Virus record (IMG/VR): IMGVR_UViG_3300020596_000014
Coordinates: 68,550-132,549 of that record
DNA: 64,000 nucleotides
Source of the DNA: a virus
Reading direction: 5' to 3' (one strand)
Shown piece by piece: positions 55,957 through 64,000 of this stretch (within the stretch, counting starts at the first letter, position 1; each line of letters opens with the position of its first letter). The notes below the pieces were generated by a model. That model ran no database searches, was not told the DNA's origin, and saw nothing but the letters and a program-made list of their open reading frames with translations. Made by a program: the position numbers and the translations under genes.

Positions 55957-58900
55957 ATGGCGCGTAACGTCGACAGCATCGGCGTCCAGAAGCAGCTCAA
56001 CCAGATGTTTGAGCAGCGTGTGGAGCTCGAGAACCGTGTCCTTGCCGCGATGCAGCAAGAACTGAAGATCGCCATGCAGCTGCAAGCTGTTATGCAAGGC
56101 TTGACCGCCGACCAGCTTGTCGAGAGGTTGAACGAGGCGAATCAGGCAATGGCTGACCTTGCCGCGAAGGCGACCGAGACCGGCGACATCGGTAATCAGG
56201 CGATGGCCAGCATCGGCGAGGCAGCGAAAGAGGTCTCTACGAGCGGCGGGATGATGTCGAAAACATTCACGGGCATCAGTAAGGTCATGGGCGGTCTGCA
56301 GAGCGTAGCTCTAGGCATCGTCGGCTCGTTGTTCAAGATGGGCAAGTCTTTGCTCTCGATTCCGTTAGGCATCTTCAAGAGTCTCATGGCCGACGCCGCA
56401 GCGTTCAGCGGCGATACGTCGTTTATGGAGGCTTTGGAGAAAATCAGAGGTGAATTCGGTTCCTTCAAGGAGGAAACATCGAAGAACATCACAGGTGCGT
56501 ATCAAACTGTGAACACGCAACTACAAGCGATGTCAGGCCTCAGCGTGTGGCAGGTGTTTAAGACGCCTGCTGACCAGCTCAAGTACCTGCATGACATCGC
56601 CACGAAAGCCGGCCCGCAGATCCACCAGTTCGGCAATGAACTCGCCAAGTCTGCCGGTCTCATCTCCATATACGACAAGGGCATGAACATCGGCGCCGAG
56701 AACATGAAGAGTTTCATGAATCGCGCAACGGTCATGGGCACGACGCTCAGCGTACAGCTCAAGGACACCGCGAACTACGCCTTGCAGCTCGGCAAAGACT
56801 TCAACATCTCGTCGAAGACCATCTCTAAAGACGTCGGTATGATGATGAAGGACGTCAAGAACTTCGGGTCGCTGACTCAGAAGGAGATGACGGTCGCGTC
56901 TGTGTACACGAAGAAGCTTGGCCTCGAGATGAAGGATATCCTCGGCGTCGTTGAGAAGTTCGATAACTTCGACAAGGCGGCCGAGAGCGCCGCGATGCTC
57001 GGGCAGGCATTCGGGGCAAACGTCGACGCGTTCAAGCTGATGAACGAGCAGGATCCAGCGAAGCGGGTCGACGAACTACGCAAGTCGATGGCCGCGGCTG
57101 GTAAGACCTCTGAGAACATGACGAGGCAAGAGCTGAACTTGCTCGCCTCTACGAGCGGTCTCACCGCTGAAGCTGCGAAACTCGCGTTTTCGCAGAAGAA
57201 CCAAGGCGTCTCGTATCAGGACATCGAAAAGAAAGCCGCCAAGGCCGAGAACGCGCAGATGAAGCAAGCCGACGCCATGAAGGGTTTGTCAGACAACATC
57301 GAACGCGTCGTCCACGCAGGGAGTCAGATCGCCGGCTTCTGGAAGAACTTCGTCGAGGGTTTCAAGATCGGTTTCAAGATGACTTCGGAATACCGCGGTC
57401 TTATGCTCACGTTAAAGAGCGCCATGTGGCAGTTCAATCTCGCAGGCAGAGAGGTCGGCGCGATGTTCATGAAGCTGACGCCAGGCATCTCGGAGTCTTT
57501 CAAGACATTCACAGCCATCTTCTCACGCGACAAGATCAAGAAGCTGCTGTTTGGTTTCACTAGCGAGTTCGACAGCATGAAGACCCGCGTCGGCGGCGTC
57601 GTAGGAGGGTTCAAAAAGATCTTCAAGGGAGATCTCGACGACGGATTCACTGTCATCAAGGATTCGTTCACGAACTTCTTCTCTTCAGCACAGATCCAAC
57701 CAATTTTGAATGGGATTACGAAGTTCGGGGTGTGGTTGGCCGAAGCCTTCGGCGAAGCGCTCGGCACCATTGCCAAGAACGCTCCGATCTACATCGACAA
57801 ACTGACCGCTTTCATCAAGGACCCGAAAGGGTTCATTGATAGTATGAAGAAGGGTGGTAGCCAGGCAAACGGCATCTTCCAAGCGATGATCTTGTCGTTT
57901 GACAAGGGTTTCGGTAAGAGCGGCCCTGTCATGAAGAAGTTGAAAGAATCCATCGAAAAGCTTTTGACTGCGGCCTGGCAGGCAATCAAAGAGAGTCCAA
58001 TGGTTCAAGAGGCCATCAAGGACATCGCGATGTATCAGATCGGCAAGATGTTGATGGGTAACATCGGTGGCTTACTCTCGGCCGGCACCAACATCGTTGG
58101 CATGTTCAAGAAATCGGGCGACGCTGCCAAAAAGGCTACTGAAGAGATGACAAAGGCCGGCGACGCGGCGTCTAAGTCGGCTGACAGTATGAGTAAGAGC
58201 GCCGCCGGTGCCGGCAAAATGCAGACCGCCATGGGAGGACTCAAGGCTGCGGCCGTGGGTCTAGGCGTCGGTCTCGCAGCCTATGAAGCGATCCTTCAAT
58301 CGGGCATGTCTACCTGGGACGCATCTATCAAGAAAGTCAAAGAAGCGACGGATATGTACGCCAAGTTCCAAGAAGAACAAAAGCGACTTCGCGCAGGCGG
58401 GAAAATTACCAAAGATACGGTCAATATTGCCAACGATACAGACGCAAAATTGCGTGATAACATCGCCGACGCCGAGAGAAAGCTTGCCGTTTTTGAGAGC
58501 AAGGCGAAAAATGCGGGGAAGTACAACATCGGCGGAGAATCCCTGTACAGGGCTTTAAATCAAGCAGTGTTCGAAGGAGCGAACAATGAACTGATACACG
58601 CAAAAGCTCAACGTGCGACCTTCGACGAGGATTTCAAAGACGTTGAGAAGCAGCAAGCAAAAGAAAGAGCGGAGTATGCAGCTCTTTCGTCGAAAACGCT
58701 GCTGGCTGGCTACACGTTATCACCAGATATTCTTGCTGAGGTTGAAAAGTCGCATCAGAGTCTTGAAGAGAAGTTCGACAAGTTATACGGGAGCATGGAC
58801 AAGAAAGGTCCGTTGTTTGAAGCTCGACGCAAGGCGTACATGCAAAAAGAAATGCTAGCGATGGGCAAGAACATCGATACGCAGATGACAGCTAATGCTG

Positions 58901-59562
58901 CGCACATCCAAATGATGGCCGAAGAACAAGCTCGCGCGATAGTGGGAGTTAACGAGGGAGCTGCTGCGATGGCCGCCGCTGTTGAGGAACAGAAGAAGAT
59001 AATCACTGCACAAGAGATGTCGAAAGCTGGAGCGGGGGCCGGCGGTGCAGACACTGTCAAGGAAGACCTCGCTAAGCTCATGACGCAGAAGCAGAGCCTA
59101 GAAGAGAACATCAACGGGCTCACGAAGTTCGCTGAAGGCGGCATCATCTCAAAGCTGAACGTGTCGCTCCCCAAGGCCGCCTTGGCATTAGAAGACTTCA
59201 ACACGAAACTGACTAACTCCACGTTGAACAGTGCTATCTCGGCGACAGCTGGCATCGTGAAGAGCATGAATGAGCTCGGGGCCATTCTTTCCTCTGGTGA
59301 TGGCGCCTCGATGAAAGTCGGAGAGAAACTTCAACGTTTCGCGAACGCTTCCGGCCTCGGCAAGAACAGCAGCTACGAGATCAAGAATAAGGGCATCATG
59401 CTGAAGCTTGACCTGAAGATCTCGATGGACGCGGCCGAAGTTGAGAAAATGATCCTCTTTCGCAACGAGTCCATCATCTTCGACATGATCGAGGGCAACG
59501 CTTTGACGTCTGAAAGCCAAACCAAGGTCAACGAGCTTCAAGCCAGAAAAGGTGGCCATTGA
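55957..59562 (+). CDS. Tape measure protein
   Basis: 1201 aa, Ala/Gly/Met/Lys-rich helical composition, downstream of tube and chaperone. Confidence 0.85.
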   Translation: MARNVDSIGVQKQLNQMFEQRVELENRVLAAMQQELKIAMQLQAVMQGLTADQLVERLNEANQAMADLAAKATETGDIGNQAMASIGEAAKEVSTSGGMMSKTFTGISKVMGGLQSVALGIVGSLFKMGKSLLSIPLGIFKSLMADAAAFSGDTSFMEALEKIRGEFGSFKEETSKNITGAYQTVNTQLQAMSGLSVWQVFKTPADQLKYLHDIATKAGPQIHQFGNELAKSAGLISIYDKGMNIGAENMKSFMNRATVMGTTLSVQLKDTANYALQLGKDFNISSKTISKDVGMMMKDVKNFGSLTQKEMTVASVYTKKLGLEMKDILGVVEKFDNFDKAAESAAMLGQAFGANVDAFKLMNEQDPAKRVDELRKSMAAAGKTSENMTRQELNLLASTSGLTAEAAKLAFSQKNQGVSYQDIEKKAAKAENAQMKQADAMKGLSDNIERVVHAGSQIAGFWKNFVEGFKIGFKMTSEYRGLMLTLKSAMWQFNLAGREVGAMFMKLTPGISESFKTFTAIFSRDKIKKLLFGFTSEFDSMKTRVGGVVGGFKKIFKGDLDDGFTVIKDSFTNFFSSAQIQPILNGITKFGVWLAEAFGEALGTIAKNAPIYIDKLTAFIKDPKGFIDSMKKGGSQANGIFQAMILSFDKGFGKSGPVMKKLKESIEKLLTAAWQAIKESPMVQEAIKDIAMYQIGKMLMGNIGGLLSAGTNIVGMFKKSGDAAKKATEEMTKAGDAASKSADSMSKSAAGAGKMQTAMGGLKAAAVGLGVGLAAYEAILQSGMSTWDASIKKVKEATDMYAKFQEEQKRLRAGGKITKDTVNIANDTDAKLRDNIADAERKLAVFESKAKNAGKYNIGGESLYRALNQAVFEGANNELIHAKAQRATFDEDFKDVEKQQAKERAEYAALSSKTLLAGYTLSPDILAEVEKSHQSLEEKFDKLYGSMDKKGPLFEARRKAYMQKEMLAMGKNIDTQMTANAAHIQMMAEEQARAIVGVNEGAAAMAAAVEEQKKIITAQEMSKAGAGAGGADTVKEDLAKLMTQKQSLEENINGLTKFAEGGIISKLNVSLPKAALALEDFNTKLTNSTLNSAISATAGIVKSMNELGAILSSGDGASMKVGEKLQRFANASGLGKNSSYEIKNKGIMLKLDLKISMDAAEVEKMILFRNESIIFDMIEGNALTSESQTKVNELQARKGGH

Positions 59563-59792
59563 GCGACGACAAGCTTATCAAAGGGATCATCGATGCGGTG
59601 ACCCAGAACGTCGCGTACGTCGACGCTGTGTCGCAGCTCGTCGAAGGCGAACGCGCGACAGTGGAGGCCACTGTGAGGGACTTCGTTGGCATGTTGACAC
59701 CCATGATCCAGACGCTCGACGAGCTCGAGCAGTCTGAAGAGGTGATGGTTGTCGTCAGGGCTCGACTAGCTGAAAAGCTACGCGGTCGTTAG
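59559..59792 (+). CDS. Small hypothetical protein
   Basis: Overlaps the tape measure stop. Confidence 0.55.
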   Translation: MSDDKLIKGIIDAVTQNVAYVDAVSQLVEGERATVEATVRDFVGMLTPMIQTLDELEQSEEVMVVVRARLAEKLRGR

Positions 59793-59802
59793 TTAGTCAG
59801 CG

Positions 59803-62800
59803 ATGACAAGGCGCGTCAATATCTTCGGGCAACCGCTGGCATACGATGTCGGCGTCGTTTATGTGGGTGTCACACCGAAAGATCGCTCGAAACCGATCGA
59901 AGAAGGCGATGACGTTAGCACGGCGACAAAAGACACCGCTGTCAAGTACGTCAAGGACCTGACGCACGGCGTCGAGGGTAATCTCTCCAATGCAAACAGA
60001 TTCCCGGTTGGCGGGCTGTCGCAGGAGTTATCGACTAGTTCCCCAAATGGGACCACGCCTCCTCTCTCCATGATCACGAACGCGGACGGGCAGTTTGTCA
60101 CGCCGTTCACACGGTCAGGTCGTGCTTTGAATCACATGCTTGAAGAGATTGAACCGGTCAAGTTCGATGTATCTGACAGCGATTTCTCACAGAATTACAT
60201 TGGCGACGCCACCTTCATTAAGAAGGGAAAGTCCGTCTCAGGTGAGGTTACTGGGCATGAGCTTCTGCTCGACCCAGACGCGAACGTCGACCGTCGCGCG
60301 CTTGACAAGTACGTCTCTCCGATCCTGATGAACAATCGCTTTAACCCGGAGCGGAAGATGGAGTCCATCAACGGACGCGACAAGAAATTCAACCCCGAGC
60401 ACTCCGACGAGGGTAAAGGAAGTTATAAGAAACACGCGAAACTTGGCACTGACTTCTCTGACGGGCAGTTGGCTAACGTTGGCCCGATGCTAACTCTCAG
60501 GGCGACAAAGGAGCTCAACTCCATTTCTAGGGAAGGTTACGGCGCGGACGGGCCTGACGGCTCCGGCGCCAAAGCTGCCTCACTGCTCCCTGGTCTCGCG
60601 CAGGTCGGCGCGGCCCGCGTCTCGACGGACGACCTCCAGGTTGACTCGGTGCTCAAGGCATTGATCGCCGGTGAGACGGACGGCGTCAACGTCAATGACG
60701 GCGAAGACGGTCCTCGAGTGGTTCTCGCGATGAACACGTCGTACGGTCAGATGAACAACGTTCTCGAGCAGTTTTCGGGCCTACTGCCGCTCGGCATGGT
60801 TGCCGCCGCAATTGCTTTGACGCTCGTGCTGAACGTGGCGATGCGCGCCATCCTCGCCGTCTTCTTGCTCATCACGAACGCGAGCAGTTCCAACTCCACG
60901 AAACGTGACTCGATCGGTCGCTTCATCCCGGGCGACTCGCGTTACAACCCAGCCTTCAGCAAGATCACGTTCCCACCGCTCCCGTTGCCGGCCAAGCTGT
61001 TCGGGCTCGTTGAGACAGTCAACCCGTACGGTGACGCGGTCACTGAGGGTATCACGGTTTTCTTCGGCGGCAAGATCGGCGACAAGCTGACACGCATCCT
61101 CGAGTCCCCTGGCTTTTACGTGACGTTCTGTCGTAACGTTGTACGCTCTGCGGCTGATCTCGCTCGCGGGCTCGAGAACGTCGGCAAGGGCAACCCGATT
61201 GCCATCGCTGAGAACATCATCGGCTTCATCGACGTTATCAAGTCGTCGAAGGTCGTCGCTGTGATGAACATGTTCGCGCAGATTGGCGACGTTTCGTTGC
61301 AGCAAGCCGTTCGTTTAGCGCGCTTTGACGCCGAAGAAGATCGAGAAAGCGATTCTGAGATCGACAACATTGAAGGTTTGAATGCGATGCGTAATCGCAA
61401 GCCTGGTAGCCTTGCGCTCGCTTGGGGCGCGTCGTCTACGATCTCGTCGTTCCTGTTGCCCAATAGCATGACGAAGGCGATGCTCGCTGGAAAACCCGGC
61501 GCCTTGACAATGCTGCTGTCTAATACATCAGCCACACAGTTCGGAACGCTTGACAATCGGTTCCCGGCCGAGCACGTTGAGCAGATGGAAGACGTTTTGA
61601 ACGCTGAATACGTTCCGTTCTACTTTCATGATCTGCGCACGAACGAGATCGCATCGTTTCAAGCGTTTCTGACCAACTTGTCTGAGGATTACTCGGTCAA
61701 TCACGATAGCATCGAGGGTTATGGACGCGTCGACGCTATCAAAATGTATCGGAATACTGCGCGCAAGATCGGGCTCTCGTTCATTGTGGCTGCAACCAAT
61801 AAGGATGACTTTGATATAATGTGGGTCAAGATTAACAAGCTTACAACGCTTGTCTACCCACAGTGGTCGAAGGGAAGTCTGCTCAAGGATTCAGAGGGCA
61901 ATCACTTCACACAGCCGTTTTCGCAGATCCCAACCGCTTCGCCTCTTATGCGTGTTCGTGTCGGTGACCTGTGGACAAGCAACTACAGCAAGTTCTCGCT
62001 AGCTCGCGTCTTCGGTCTGGGCGACGACGCTGCGTTCAAACTGAAGGACTTCAACCACGCCGCTGAAAACGTTGAGATCGCAAGCGGTATCAAAGCCATC
62101 ATCGAGAAGATCAAAGACAACAACAGCGAACTTCCTATCGCGAGCTTTTGGCTGCTCGAGCCAGGTGATTACGAAGCCTCCACGAAGGATCTAGGCGCGC
62201 TCGGCGCGGCTGCTGGCGCGTTGGCGTCCGTCGCGTCAGCTGTCGGTATCAAGACGAAATCAAACGCGCGCGTAAGCGTGCGACTCAGGAACTACACACG
62301 TGTGTTCATCGTGAAGGTGTTCAACCAAAACGCATACGCTGTTCGCATCTTTGACGACGAGAACCTGCCCGATCACGTGAAACAGTCCAGTTTTTTGGTC
62401 TCGCGTTCGCACTTAAGCATCTCTGATGAAACGTTGGCGACGATGGGTAGCAGCGAGAAACAAGAGAATTCCGAGACTCCAATCAGTCTTGCGAGTTTCT
62501 TCTCGTCGGAGAACAACGCGATCGTCAAGGCGTACGAGGCTTCTAAGGGTCGCGGTCTGGCTTGCGTTGTTGAGAGTCTTTCGTTCGACTGGTTCGACGG
62601 CGGCAACGTCATGTGGGAAACAGGGATTGCAGGCTCTCGAGCTCCTAAGATGTGCAAGGTGACCATGGCCATGGCTGTTGTTCACGACATCGCACCCGGA
62701 ATTGACGCAAACGGCTTCAACCGTGCTCCGATCTACTCGGTCGGCGGACCAAGTCGTGCAATGGCGGGTCGGAATGATGCCGATGAAGGCAAAAAGTTCG

Positions 62801-62838
62801 ACGCAGCTAGCAAAAAGATCAGAAAGTCCCTTCTCTAA
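59803..62838 (+). CDS. Large baseplate / tail-tube-initiator-like protein
   Basis: C-terminal half 'VPFYF.D......FQAFLT.LSE.Y......GYGR.D.I..Y.NT.R.I.LSF...P..RVRVGD' resembles tube-initiator domains. One hydrophobic segment. Confidence 0.65.
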   Translation: MTRRVNIFGQPLAYDVGVVYVGVTPKDRSKPIEEGDDVSTATKDTAVKYVKDLTHGVEGNLSNANRFPVGGLSQELSTSSPNGTTPPLSMITNADGQFVTPFTRSGRALNHMLEEIEPVKFDVSDSDFSQNYIGDATFIKKGKSVSGEVTGHELLLDPDANVDRRALDKYVSPILMNNRFNPERKMESINGRDKKFNPEHSDEGKGSYKKHAKLGTDFSDGQLANVGPMLTLRATKELNSISREGYGADGPDGSGAKAASLLPGLAQVGAARVSTDDLQVDSVLKALIAGETDGVNVNDGEDGPRVVLAMNTSYGQMNNVLEQFSGLLPLGMVAAAIALTLVLNVAMRAILAVFLLITNASSSNSTKRDSIGRFIPGDSRYNPAFSKITFPPLPLPAKLFGLVETVNPYGDAVTEGITVFFGGKIGDKLTRILESPGFYVTFCRNVVRSAADLARGLENVGKGNPIAIAENIIGFIDVIKSSKVVAVMNMFAQIGDVSLQQAVRLARFDAEEDRESDSEIDNIEGLNAMRNRKPGSLALAWGASSTISSFLLPNSMTKAMLAGKPGALTMLLSNTSATQFGTLDNRFPAEHVEQMEDVLNAEYVPFYFHDLRTNEIASFQAFLTNLSEDYSVNHDSIEGYGRVDAIKMYRNTARKIGLSFIVAATNKDDFDIMWVKINKLTTLVYPQWSKGSLLKDSEGNHFTQPFSQIPTASPLMRVRVGDLWTSNYSKFSLARVFGLGDDAAFKLKDFNHAAENVEIASGIKAIIEKIKDNNSELPIASFWLLEPGDYEASTKDLGALGAAAGALASVASAVGIKTKSNARVSVRLRNYTRVFIVKVFNQNAYAVRIFDDENLPDHVKQSSFLVSRSHLSISDETLATMGSSEKQENSETPISLASFFSSENNAIVKAYEASKGRGLACVVESLSFDWFDGGNVMWETGIAGSRAPKMCKVTMAMAVVHDIAPGIDANGFNRAPIYSVGGPSRAMAGRNDADEGKKFDAASKKIRKSLL

Positions 62839-62972
62839 TGGTATTTTTCATCTATGTCGATTGGACGCTCGAAGAAACGCCTCGACCTTTTTGTATTGAT
62901 AAAGGAAAACGTCGTCGCAATCAAGATTCAGTAAGCGACATCATCAATTACAAGACTTGGAAAAGTGTATAA
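62838..62972 (+). pseudogene. Internally deleted GIY-YIG-type endonuclease remnant (44 aa)
   Basis: MVFFIYVDWTLEETPRPFCIDKG resembles a GIY-YIG N-terminus (Y-x-x...PFYVGKG). It joins directly to VSDIINYKTWKSV, which resembles the C-terminal HTH of homing endonucleases. Confidence 0.55.
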
Positions 62973-63266
62973 ATGGCATTCTCAAGATATGCACGTACTA
63001 ATCTTCTAGATTTGGGTCGACAGTACGGCACTGGTCGAGCACATGAGGTCATCCGTCGAGCAATTAAAGACGGTTCTCTGTCGTTTCAGACGTTGACACT
63101 AAAAGAAGCTCAACGACTTGATCATCTTGCGGGTCAATTTTACGGAAATGGCAGATATTGGTGGTTGATTGCCAGTGCCAGCGACATCGGTTGGGGCTTA
63201 CAAGTGCCCGCTGGCACCTTCATCCGCGTGCCAAACCTCGAAGGTGTCGCAAGATTGATCGCCTGA
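62973..63266 (+). CDS. Baseplate LysM-like / gp53-type wedge protein
   Basis: 'RLDHLA.QFYG...YWWLIA.A.......VPAGT.IRVP'. Confidence 0.8.
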   Translation: MAFSRYARTNLLDLGRQYGTGRAHEVIRRAIKDGSLSFQTLTLKEAQRLDHLAGQFYGNGRYWWLIASASDIGWGLQVPAGTFIRVPNLEGVARLIA

Positions 63267-63277
63267 AGGCCTAGCTC

Positions 63278-64000
63278 ATGACAGAAAAAGACAACAACTT
63301 TAGTCGATTGCAGAGCCTTTACAAGATTGTTCACCCAAGCGATCTCGTTGGGAACTTCCGCGTTGACAAGTTCTCCAAGAAGACCCCCGACCTGACTGTC
63401 ATCAGCAAGATCTTGGCCGTTTTCATTGACACATGTGATTCCTCTGGCTCTGGTCTGCTCCAATTTTCCGAGATCAAGGATTTACTTGACGCTATTGGCT
63501 CGAAAGAGACAACAGAAGATTATATCAAGCTGTACGAGGACGTGAACGGCGTGCTCGGGTCGTTTGCGAACGACAAGGAGACCGCAACGAAGCTCAACGT
63601 CATCGGATTGCAGACACCGATGCTTGGCATCTCACTTCGTGACACGAACCGCATCGGTGTCTTCATGAACGCGATCCCCTCCATCGAGCTGACGCGCTGT
63701 ATGCCTCGACTTGAAGTAGGGTTCGATCTTGAGTTTCCAGGTGAGCAAGCGGGTGCGACTGACAAGGGAGATTTCGCTGCGAATCTTTCATCACGTGCGC
63801 CTACACTTCTCCGTTATCTCAACGGTACGGCGGGTGCGTACGGAACAACTGATAAGATGATGGCACAGGCCGGTGTGCACGACATCGACCTGTCGTCAAA
63901 GACGAACAAGGCAAGCGAAAAGAAGACATGGGACAAGTCATCCATCGTCACGTCAGGAATGGAACTCTTCACCACACCACAGACGCTCACGTCGCCTGAC
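63278..64000 (+). CDS. Partial ORF, probable baseplate hub protein (runs off the window)
   Basis: ATG at 63278. The frame appears to stay open to the window end. Follows the LysM-like baseplate gene. Confidence 0.55.
   Translation, partial: MTEKDNNFSRLQSLYKIVHPSDLVGNFRVDKFSKKTPDLTVISKILAVFIDTCDSSGSGLLQFSEIKDLLDAIGSKETTEDYIKLYEDVNGVLGSFANDKETATKLNVIGLQTPMLGISLRDTNRIGVFMNAIPSIELTRCMPRLEVGFDLEFPGEQAGATDKGDFAANLSSRAPTLLRYLNGTAGAYGTTDKMMAQAGVHDIDLSSKTNKASEKKTWDKSSIVTSGMELFTTPQTLTSPD

Noticed and set aside
1-64000. tRNA genes, CRISPR arrays, IS elements with terminal repeats
   Set aside because: No cloverleaf, repeat-spacer array or transposase was recognised in the short intergenic gaps (for example 15686-15800, 28755-28815, 32088-32180).

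Overview
This window is part of a large, GC-rich contractile-tailed (myovirus-type) jumbo phage genome, read in the standard genetic code. It carries a T4-like gene set. The replication/recombination block has a gp4-like nuclease, RuvC, primase and an SbcD/SbcC system. The head block has the large terminase, portal, prohead protease, scaffold and major capsid protein. Neck proteins, two tail sheaths, the tail tube, a tail chaperone/hub, tape measure and baseplate genes follow. Accessory genes include peptide deformylase, a Zn-dependent histone-deacetylase-family enzyme, a glycosyltransferase plus a pyruvyl-transferase-family gene, a nucleotidyltransferase, a fatty-acid hydroxylase, a thermonuclease and five free-standing homing-endonuclease-like genes. 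Most notable observations: (1) otherwise unrelated ORFs share an N-terminal amphipathic 'L-R-x-L-I-R-x-x-I-x-E' helix, and most lie behind a shared TANNTA motif, suggesting a capsid-targeting/cargo system that includes a candidate ADP-ribosyltransferase; (2) a Pro-initiated, class-3-like mini-intein in the portal; (3) an SbcD nuclease split by an endonuclease cassette, with its C-terminal part fused to SbcC; (4) a probable +1/-2 frameshift in the tail chaperone; (5) a tandem array of ~65-aa paralogs with a decayed copy. All assignments come from motif recognition by eye; no database searches were run.
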